Part shown: one piece after another, positions 53,804 through 64,000 of the stretch
Layout of the letters: every line of letters starts with the position of its first letter
Numbering within the stretch: the first letter of the stretch is position 1
Source: Antechinus flavipes
Taxonomy: Eukaryota
NCBI RefSeq assembly: GCF_016432865.1
Contig: NC_067403.1
Span: 195,796,001-195,860,000 of the forward strand
Length of the DNA stretch: 64,000 nt
Direction of reading: 5' to 3'
Position numbers and translations under genes: made by a program
The notes under the pieces: generated by a model
The model's database searches: none
The model's input: only the letters and a program-made list of their open reading frames with translations
Told to the model about the DNA's origin: nothing

Positions 53804-53943
53804 TTTTTTTTTTTTTTTGCTGAGGCAATTGGGGTTAAATATCCTGCCTAGGGTTGCTAGTAAGTTCAGAGACCAGATTATTTGAACTCAGGCCCTCCTG
53901 ATTTCAGGGCTGGTGTTCTATCCTCTGCGCCACCTAGCTGCCC
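53803..53943 (-). mobile_element. WSINE1-like SINE with a poly(A) tail abutting a (CA)n tract
   Basis: gggcagctaggtggcgcagaggatagaacaccagccctgaaatcaggagggcctgagttcaaat...ccccaattgcctcagc, then A17. Confidence 0.88.
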
Positions 53944-56225
53944 AGTTATATAATTCTTTATCACAAATCTCCTAACTAGAAATAAAAAGCGGGACATGTT
54001 CCATGTCAAGTAAGAGTGATAAAATAGGAAAATACCGTTAAATGTAACAACTACTATGTCACATATATACCCAAACAAAATAGGACCAGTATGAGATGGA
54101 GGGGAGGGGCATAAGACTTATGATCCTATTCTACTTAAAATATATATATATTTGTACTATCTATTTGATAGTACTATTATGAAGACTACATTTGCAAAGC
54201 TTAACGTGCCGTGTTCACGTGAGGTTATTACTGTAATCGAATAGAAATTTTTTTTTAAATGGGAATAGGAAAGTAAGAGTGGACTAGTTTAGTGAGATGT
54301 AGATATTCCAGGTTCTAGAGTATGTCAGTAATACAAATCACAAGGAATAAGGAATAATGTAGTCAGCCTAGGGGGACAAAGGATCATGGGATAGGGAAGA
54401 TAAACCACTCAGTTGTGGCTTGGACTGTCCTGTTTATATTCAACTAGGCAGGGACAAAAGCTCTACAGGGAGTTATTTTTGTCTAGCTTAGTTCTAAGTG
54501 TCTCTAGTCCTACTGTATTATGAAATCAGTTATCACTAAAATATACTGTGCCACTACTTCTTAAAAGTATGCAAAATACCAGGAATTCTTCAAAAAAAGG
54601 GTAAAAGTGGGAAACAAATGCAACGTTGTTTAAAGGCCAGCACAAATGAGACAGCATACAGTGGAGGGCAATGGGAAATAAGACTTAATAGATGGGGCAG
54701 CTATATATGGAGAGCTCTCCAGTCTATATTACCTAGGAAAACAGAATTTTTTTTTTCAAAGAATGACAGAAGCTCCATCACTTTGCAGATGAAGAAACAG
54801 ACATTAAAAAAAAAAATAGCAACAGGGACTGGAGTTTTATTTTCATTGGTGTGCCTTATGTGAGGTGACTAAATCCCCTCTACCATTGAAGATCAATATC
54901 TTCCTTTTAAATTATCTGCTTACAGAACTACTGAAACACTGAAATGTCATATGACAAGCGTCTCTAAGCCAATATGCCAGAGGAAGAACTTGAACCCAGA
55001 TTTTCCTACTTCCACAGCTAGTCCTCTCCTACTATGTTATGCTGCCTCCATAAAACATGCTGTTTGTTAAAAAGCATTTATACTTTCCAATGTTTAATTT
55101 CTTAAGTAAATATTCTTTTGTAATACATAATTGGTTTGAAGAGATATTCCATTGAAGCAGTTATTAGTACCAAGATAATAAAAGCAGCTTTAAGTAGTAA
55201 AAATAAACACAAAGCAAAAAAAGATTTAAGTAATAAACAAAGCAAAAAAAAAAAAAAAAGATTTACTTAGATTTATTGTCTTACGCATCATAGGGACTTA
55301 AAAATATTATTATGGAGAAGAAAGATCACCATATTTGCTTCCACTTAAGCTGTAAATAACATGAAATATACCAAATGAAAACATCTTGAAAACATAAATG
55401 AATGGTTCATGGGTAAAATAATTAATTTTTCAACCAAAAAAATTAAATGTTTTTAATAAGCAAAAACATACTTCTCAAAAGAAATGTGACAAAATAGACT
55501 GCTTTCACAGCTTATAAGGTTGCTTATTGAAATGCTAAGTGCTAATCATTTCATTATAGAAACATTGGTGCTCCCTGTAACTAACAATATTCCATTTGTA
55601 GATAATTAAGATAGTAAGGATCATTTCCATTATATCCAAAGATCTTTACAACCAATTAACTGAAAAACAACTATATTTCTAGTTTGCCCTGTAAGGAGAT
55701 AAAGAAATAAGCACTGCCTATGTTAAAAACTGAGATGGAAAATTTTATCTTGAATCACTGCCTTTAATAAAAATTCTATTAATGGCAGTGATTCAAGATA
55801 AAATTTCACTGTAATTAAAGATTTTTCAAAAGTTATCTAATATGGGAGGACTGTATTTTGTGAAACATATTCAACATATGGACAAAATGCAGGTCCTAAA
55901 TAAAACGAATGCTTTAAGAATGTATATCCTTCACAATGAAAAATATGAGTAAAAGGCTATAACAAGTTTTTCAAGTTTTAGAAAATCCCTTTATAGAAAG
56001 CAATCCATTAAAAGGAAAGCTCTTTGCAAAAAATTATGTGATGATATGGGGGCAAAGTGTGGACCTCTTTTTCGTTATTGTAAAACACTGGATTTCTTAT
56101 TAAGCTAAAAGAATAATGCCTTTTTTTTTAGTGATAATAAAGCATAATTATAATAAAAAATTCCTTCTACAACCTGCACATTTGGTGGCTATTTCTAAAA
56201 AACTGAGTATTCTAAATTAAGTCAT

Positions 56226-56525
56226 TTAAAACTAGATATTCCTTTCTTACTCAGGCTGGAAGTCCAATGGCCACCCACAGGCCTATTCTAAAACTGATCA
56301 GGAAGAAAGTTGTAACCTGTATACTGTTTTTCCAAGCTGGACCAATTCACTTCTCCTTATGCATCCCAATAGCCTCTGCTCAGGAAGTGGAGAGGGGGCA
56401 TTACTTACATGTAATCCTCACTCCTGGGGAGATTGGTGGATCACTGGAACTTAAAGAGTTCGTAGTTATATAGGAAAGGGCTAAGCTGAATAGGTTTCTG
56501 CTAAACTAATTTTGACACCAACATG
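56226..56525. pseudogene. Degenerate 7SL (SRP RNA)-derived retrocopy with a 5' inversion
   Basis: Minus 56226-56390 aligns by eye to the 7SL 3' half (taaggagaagtgaattggtccagcttggaaa...ctgatcag...gcctgtgggtggccattggacttccagcctg). Plus 56407-56525 aligns to the 5' half (catgtaatcc...ggtggatcactggaac...gagttc...gctaagctgaataggtttctgctaaactaattttgacaccaacatg). Confidence 0.8.
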
Positions 56526-57159
56526 TAGAGACAATGAACATAAAGATACTAGGTTCTGATCTTTGAAGGCTACTTGATTTCAGATAAAGTTAGGAATGTG
56601 TTACAATATTTAGAATACCTACAGAGATCTTAAACATGCAATAAAAATAACATTAAATGAAACAAATACTATTTCTAGATATGAATTGATGAGAAATATC
56701 AATAGAAAAATAGGGATAATTCAAGAATCAAAAAATCTATTAACTAAATGTATAATATATATAAATGTATAAAGATGAAACAATCAGATGAAATTAGGGT
56801 TTTTGAGTCATTTAAGGGGGAAAATAACAGTGCCACTAACATATGAGAAGCTGAGAAAAGCATACAAATTTGAGTAGGGAATAAATTCAGTTTGGACCAT
56901 AATGAGTTTAAATTAAAGACAGGACTCTAAGATATACCCTATGGATAGGTTAATAGGAAATTAGAATTCAGGTGAGATAACCAACTAAAGATCAAAATCT
57001 GACTCATCGACATAGTTAAAATCAATTCTGGAAAGTACACAAAAAAAGAAAGGAATCAATGATAAAAGAAGACTTATCTTCTGGAGCAGAAGAGAGTCAA
57101 AGACACCAAAGGAAAAGTTGGAGATACAGAAGTTATGAGAAAGAGTAATGATGTTTTCT

Positions 57160-58085
57160 TTTCATCCAATTGTTTGTCAGATCTGACTCCTTGCGACCCC
57201 ATTTAAAGTTTTCTTGGCAGGGAAAGGGACCCACATGTGCAAATGTTTGTGGCAGCTCTTTTTATAGTGGCTAGAAACTGGAAATTGAATGGAAGCCCAT
57301 CAATTGGAGAATGGCTGAATAAACTGTGGTATAATAATTAATATAATAATTGTGGTATATTATTGCTCTATAAGAAATGACCAGCAGGATGATTTCAGAG
57401 AGGTTTAGAGAGATCTATGATAAGTGAAATGAGCAGAACCAGGAAATCATTATACACAGCAATAATATTATACAATGATCAACTCTGATGGATGTGGCTC
57501 TATTCAACAATGAGATGATTCAAACTAGTTTCAATTGTTCAGTAATGAAGAGAATCAGCTAGAGAGAACTATGGGAAATGAGTGTGGACCATAACATAGC
57601 ATTTACACTCTGTTATTGTTTGCTTACATGTTTGTTTTCCTTCTCAGGTTTTTTTCTTTCTTTCTAGATCCAATTTTTCTTGTGCAGCAGGATATACATG
57701 TATACATACAATATACATATATTGGATTTGACATATACTTTAACATATTTAACATGTATTGGACTACCTGCCATCTAGGGGAGAGGGACAGGGGAAGAAG
57801 AGGAAAAGTTGGAACAGCAAGTTTTGCAAGGGTCAATGTTGAAAAATTACCCATGCATATGTTTTGTAAATAAAAAGTTATAATAAAAAAATAAAGTATT
57901 CTTGGCAGAGATACTGCAGTGCTTTGCCATTTCTTTCTCTGGCTCATTTTATAGATTAGAAACTAAGAGAAATAGGGTTAAATGACTTGCCCAGAATAAC
58001 ACAGCTGGTTAGCATCTGAAGCCAGATCTGAACTCATAAAATTGGGTCTTCCTGACTCAAGGCCCAGGACTTTATCTACTGAGTC
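57160..58085 (-). mobile_element. MAR1-like CORE SINE (RTE/BovB-type tail), split by an L1 insertion
   Basis: gatctgactccttgcgaccccattt...ttcttggcag resumes at 57893 as ttcttggcagagatactgcagtgctttgccatttc...gacttgcccag. Confidence 0.8.
57221..57892 (+). mobile_element. 5'-truncated L1 (ORF2 end plus 3' UTR)
   Basis: gggacccacatgtgcaaa...tggagaatggctgaataaa...catgcatatgttttgtaaataaaaag and an A tail. 16-bp TSD AAAGT(T/A)TTCTTGGCAG. Confidence 0.92.
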
Positions 58086-59929
58086 ATGCAGGTTTTCTTA
58101 GCATTATTTTATTATCACACTGTTATGCTTTTTTAATTATCTCAATGTATCTTCATCACATTCTTAAGACAATTATCTTTATACATATAGGTAAACTGAA
58201 GGCCCAGGTCTAAACTAGGTCTAAACTTGTCTAAAAGCCCAGGTGACTAATGACAGTCTGGGATTTAAAAACCATGTTTGTTGACTCCCTTAAGTTCAAT
58301 AAACCTTTTAAAAACTTTACCAAACATAACTCCTACTCTCAATCATTGTAGCAATGCACTCAGTACTTCCTATGTGAAGTACTCATGGTTTCGTATGTCT
58401 TTAGGTCCGGAATAAGGAATGAAAAGCTGACTTCACAGTCTAGAAGACCTGGAAAAATGTCTGACTTCTGATAGATGCTACGTGAACCCAGGCAAATTAA
58501 CAATTTAGCACTCTAAGCAAATCTCTAAGAATCTCTTCTAAATTGCTGAGGAGATGCATCCCTGCATTGGCAGAGAGATTTTCTTCAAATCACAAATCCA
58601 GTACTTATTCCCCATTTGAATATATATTCTTCACAGAAGAATGAAAGGCTTTGCAAAGTGTGAGATGCCCCTGACTGAGCACTTCTTGTTATCTACATCA
58701 TACAGGCCAAAAATGAACCAAAAATTCTCTCTTTTGTTCTTTTAAAATAAGTCCCTTCTTGCATATTTGCATACTATAAAAAGAAGGAGGCATAATTTTC
58801 AAAGCTGTATTACCCAAAGAAGTTTCCACAAGCACATACAAACTCCACTTAATTCTTTTTCTTTACTTTTAGGTGGTTTATTTCATGCACTGTTTTACTG
58901 TTTTTTTTAATTATTGTTTTCTGGCTAAGAGAAATGTCACCACAAATTTCCTTTGCAACAATACTATTCTTCCAGATACAGGTCAATTCCCATTACATTA
59001 GAATACAACTATAAAACTCAAAGAACAAAACAGTGTTAAACAGATCATTTAAGTTGCATTCTATGAGATAAATTTCAGTATAATCTATAATTCTGACATC
59101 CACTGAGCTCACTATAACTATATTTGACCTGGAAGATTATGTCAATTCAAAATGTGATAATGCAAAGTAAATTTTTTTAATATTTGGAGATGGATTTGCA
59201 TTAAGGAATTGTTTAAAGGCCAATTTCAGTGGTTAAAACAAAGACAGATATCCAGAGTATGAAGTATAACAATCTAAGGGTTAAAGTATTCTGGCAAAGG
59301 ATAAAATAGAAAAGAGTACTGGATTTGGCACTAGAAAACCTGCATTTCAGTTCTGGCTATGCTTTTTACCTTTATTTTTCTCAGCCTCAATTTCCTCATC
59401 TATAAATAGAAGTCTTTTCCTGTTCAAAGTGTGATCCAAGAAACCTAATACACTTAAGAACAAAGAAATAGAAGGTAAAATTTAATTATTTTATCCTCAT
59501 GTCATGCTTATCCTTATATTTTCTACAGCACTCTGTTTTTCCCCTATTCCCCAAAATCATGATTCCTGTTTGCCCCTAGTTTTGAAAAATCAAAACTTAT
59601 TTCCAGCATTCATAACAAAATTATCAAGAGCATTCTAGAGGTCACAATGAACAGAAGGTAAAGAACATGAAAAATTTTAAAACATGGAGGAATAAAACAA
59701 GTAAATTCAAAAATGTGATTGGGAGGAGACAGGACACTATTCTAGCTTCACAGAAGTCAATAAGAGGAAGAGCACCACTAGGAACAGAGAAAATAAGAAA
59801 ATAAGAAAACAGTTTACAGTGACTTGTCTGATGCATCTTTAATTTTACCTATGCGGGTACTCAGGCAAAGCAGAATCTAACTCATCCCTTACTTCTAATC
59901 ATGTGAGTTTATTCCCTCTCAAAATTATG

Positions 59930-60510
59930 CCACATGGGCTATCCATCAATTGGGGAATGGCTGAATAAGTTATGGTATATGAATATAATAGAATAGTTAC
60001 TCTTCTATAAGAAATGACGAACAGACTAATTTTAGAAAAGCCTGGGAAGATTTACATGAACTGATACCAAGTGAAGTGAACAGAACCAAAAGACACTGTG
60101 CAGAGTAAAAGCAAGATTATGATGATCAACTATGATAGATTTAGCTCTATTCAGCAATACAGCGATCCAAGACAATTCCAATAGACTTGGGATGGAAAAT
60201 GCCATCCATATCCAGAAGAATTATGGAGACTGAATGCTGATTAAAGCATGCTATTTTCACCTTTTTTTCCCCTTTTTCTTTCTCAGTTTTTTTTTTCCTT
60301 TTTGATCCGATTTTTCTTTCACAACATGACAAATAAGGAAATATGCTTAAAATGACTGTACATGTATAACCTATATCAGATTGTTTACTATCTTGAGGAG
60401 AGGGAGATAAGAGAGGAAGAGAAAAAAAAATTTGAAACTCAGAATCTTACAAAAATGCTTTAAATTACCTTTACATATAATTGGAAAAACAAAATGCTAC
60501 TGAGAAAAAA
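59930..60510 (+). mobile_element. L1 3' fragment
   Basis: tccatcaattggggaatggctgaataagttatgg...cagcaatacagcgatccaagacaattcc. Confidence 0.87.
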
Positions 60511-61199
60511 AAAGCTGTGACAATTATAATATGATGGAAACAGTATTGGATTTTCAGTAACTATCAAGATTCTTCACTGATACTTGTGTTTGTGTGTGCA
60601 TTTTCCTCCACTTTTATACAGTCAAGGAAATGGAAATGGAGTGTTATGTCCCTCACTTGTGGAATGGCTGAATAAGTTATGGCATATGAATGTACTGAAA
60701 TAGTTATATAAGAAATAAGCAGGCTGATTTCAGAAAAAGCTGGTAAGTCAATATTATAGATAAAAATATATACCACATGAGGTCCACCTCAATAGGGTTA
60801 GGGCTTTCTTTGAAATATCTCCACAATAATACAGAATAAAGCATATTTTTTTAAAACTTTATTTTTATTGAGTGTTTTTTGGGGGAAGACTATGTATTCT
60901 TTCACAGAATGATTTTATGGAAATGTTTGCATAACTTCACATGTGCTTTCTCAGTGAGGTAGTGGGGAGGGAGGAAGAGAATCTGGAACTTAAAAGTTTT
61001 AAAAACAAATGTAAAAAATGAGTTTTACATGTAATTGGAGAAAAAATGTTAAAACAGCTATTTCAACACTACACAAATCTACACGTTATTATTGGCTCTT
61101 AGCACATGATAAGCCCATTTTTTCCTAATTATATTCTTTACCTTACTTCTGTTTAATTTTATTTACAATGTGTTACGGCTTGTTCTCTCTCACAATATA

Positions 61200-62390
61200 C
61201 TTTTATTCTGAATTTGGAGTGTTCCTCAACTTTCATTAGGCACTGGACATACAAAGATACAACAAAACACAGATCTTACCATCAAGAACTTGGCATTCTA
61301 CTGGAGGAGAGGAAAAAGTAAAGACATGTAACAGACAGTAAACAGAGGAAAAAAAGACTAAAGGTACCAGGAAAGACTTCCCATAGAATATGTCTTAATG
61401 AGCTATGTTTTGAAAGACTCCAAGAATTCTAGAAGGCAGAAGTGATGGAGAAGGACTTTATTTCAGATAGAGGATCTTAGCTCTACCACAGATACAGAAA
61501 ATGGAATCAAATAATCAGAGATTGACAAGCATATCAATTTGGGTAGAAGGCTGAATTCATGAAAGGGAATATGTCAAATTATCTAGGAAGGCTGGAATCA
61601 GTATAGAAGTCACCTAAGCCTAAGCTTCTCATTTTACATATAAGGAAAGTGTAGTCAGAAAAGTTAAAGTATTCTGCTTACTAAGGCCACACAGAGCTGG
61701 AATGTGAAGTAGTCTTTGGGCTCTAAATCTAGTCTTCCCTTCTACTACACCAGGCTATTCCAATTAAGAGGTTGTTACCAATACTTAACAGAAAGGTCTA
61801 AACTAGGAACATGACCATTAAAGAGTGAATGAAAAAAGCATGGATTCTAGTGATGCTAAATAGGTAAAATTGACAAGATTCAGCCCCTGAAACAATGAAG
61901 CAGGAATGACAAAGCAAATTTTTTTTTGGGGACCAGAATGACTAGAAGTATGGTTTTGCCAAGAAAAATAGGGAAGGGTTAAAGAAAGACTATGACTGAA
62001 AGCAAGGGAGATGAGCTCCATTTTGAATGAGTTTGAGATGTTTACATGGCATTTAGGGAAATAACACAGGAATTCAGGAGATAAAGTAGGGCTGTATTAA
62101 TAAATCCATGTCTCATCTGCATAAAAATGATCACTGAACTCACAAGACTAGAAACTGCTCACAGGGAGAGGATATATAAAGTGAAAAGAAGAAAATCCAG
62201 GACAGAACTTTTAGAGGGCATTCACAGTGAGAGGATACAGATAGTAAGACAGCAGAGGAACTGTGAAGGAATGTAAGAAAAGAAAAAAATTCTATTGTGA
62301 CAAAAAAAATCAAGGAATGAGAAAGCATCCTGGAAGAAGCAAATGGTCAATAGTTTCAAATGCTGCCAGGAGGTCAAGGATACATCTTAG
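61200..62390 (-). mobile_element. Decayed L2 remnant with an embedded SINE fragment (~61610-61760)
   Basis: taggcactggacatacaaagatacaacaaaac...; gagctccattttgaatgagtttgagatg. Boundaries approximate. Confidence 0.6.
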
Positions 62391-62409
62391 CAAAGAATTA
62401 GAAAATGAA

Positions 62410-63040
62410 GATGCCCATCAATTGGGGAAGGGCTGAATAAATTGCGGCATATGAACGTAATGGAATATATTCGTTCTATAAAAAATGACGAACAAGCTAA
62501 TTTTAAAAAGGTCTGGAAAGATTTACATCAACCGATGTTGAGCAAAACAAGCAGAATAAGGAATACATTTTACATATTAACGGCAAGATTGTGCAATGAT
62601 CAACAATGAAAGACTTGGTTCTTCTCAGTGCTTCAGTGATCCAAGGCAATCCCAATAAACTTTGGATAGAAAATGCCATTTGCCACCAGAAAAAGAACTA
62701 TGAGTTTGAATGTAAAACACAAAGTATGCTGCTCACTTCTTTTTTCTGTTTTGTTTTTTCCTGTCTTGGGATTTTTCCCTTTTGTTCTGAATCTTCTCTC
62801 CCAACATGATTCATAAAGAAATGTGTATTTTAAAAGTTAATATACTAGAACAGCCCTTTAGTCAGGAGGACCCAAATTTAAATCTGGTCTCAGATATTTA
62901 ACACTTCCTAGCTGTGTAACTCTGGGCAAGTCACTTAACCCCAATTGCTTCAGGAAAAAAAAAAAAAAAAAAAGTTAATGTACATGTGTAAGCAAAAAAA
63001 TAAATAAAACAACTTTTAAAAATTTTTAAAAGAAAAAAAA
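62410..63040 (+). mobile_element. L1 3' fragment of a different subfamily, hosting the SINE at 62846
   Basis: gatgcccatcaattggggaagggctgaataaattgcgg...ttggttcttctcagtgcttcagtgatccaaggcaatccc. Confidence 0.85.
62846..62973 (+). mobile_element. 5'-truncated WSINE1-like SINE inserted in an L1 3' UTR
   Basis: gtcaggaggaccc...gggcaagtcacttaaccccaattgcttcagg, then A19. TSD AAAGTTAAT(A/G)TAC at 62833-62845 and 62971-62983. Confidence 0.88.
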
Positions 63041-64000
63041 AGACCATCTAATTTAGAGATTAAGACTGTGGTTATCTTGTAACGAGTCTTATCAGGTGAA
63101 GTAAGTAGCAGGACTACTAGAGGATAAATAATTAATAGGGCTTTGAAGAGTTGTCAAATGAAAATAATTAAACTCATTCTGAGTGGTCCCAGAGATTGGA
63201 AACAGAAATAATGGGCAGAAGTTATCAAGAGGTCAATTTAGGTTTGATGCTTGAAAAAAAATTTCCCTAGAAAAGTTCACAAAATGGTATCACCTGCAGC
63301 AAGGACCGCCTATGAACCTGCTCTGCTCATACTGTTTAAGTCCATCAGTTTTCATCTTTTTCCCCTCATCTATTCTACTTCCTCATGAAGCATGCTGGAA
63401 ATTACAATCCAAATGTGGTAGCTTGTTGTCCTTGAGGGTAAAAGTTTTCAAAAAATTTTTACAAAAATTTTTATAGATCTTTTCCATTTTCTCTTCATGT
63501 GTTACCCTCCTAGTTGAATTCTTAAATTCCCTCAGGACAACTGTTTAATTAGGTTTCTTGCCAAGCTCTATTTAATTTTATTTGCCCTCCAATGTGTCTA
63601 GCTGCTTTATGAAGTACAGTCTTTTCTCAACATTCAAGGGTTTTACATTTGTGGTTTTGTTTATTTATGGATTGACCATCAATAATTAAATGGGAATTTT
63701 TGGAGATTTGTGGTACTGTGGATAATCACAGACAATACACACATGAAAAGAAAACTTTAAAAAAAATTTTGTAAATCATAAATACTGTATATTAATAGTA
63801 CTTTATCATCTGCTTCCATAAATATACATTCATAAATTAGAGTTGAATTTTATTAAAAGTTTCAGAGCTACAGACAATCACTGTCTTTGGGAATGCCTCT
63901 TCTTTGTCTCAATCACAATGATCCTTGTATCTTGTGCTTTTTGTAGAAGGAAATCCATTAAGTACTTGCTTCAACTTCTCAAACATGTTTCAAGAACTCT

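Overview
AT-rich, CpG-depleted mammalian genomic DNA. The repeats (WSINE1-like and MAR1-like SINEs, marsupial L1 3' UTRs) point to an Australian marsupial, probably a dasyurid; this is inference. The window holds the 5' half of NSD2 (WHSC1/MMSET, H3K36 dimethyltransferase) on the minus strand. I mapped nine complete constitutive coding exons, part of a tenth (running off position 1), and the short-isoform (MMSET-I-type) alternative terminal exon. All mapped splice sites are GT-AG, and exon lengths match human NSD2 as I recall them. No promoter or CpG island is present; 40.3-64 kb is upstream intron. The rest is L1, L2, SINE and DNA-transposon remnants. I found no convincing new biological system. 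The best second-look items are a +1 frameshift that uncouples the ancestral start codon, a 5'-inverted (twin-primed) 7SL retrocopy, a templated L2 insertion inside an L1, direct repeats flanking the PWWP1 exon, and candidate poison exons. Repeat family names and human comparisons come from memory, not from database searches.
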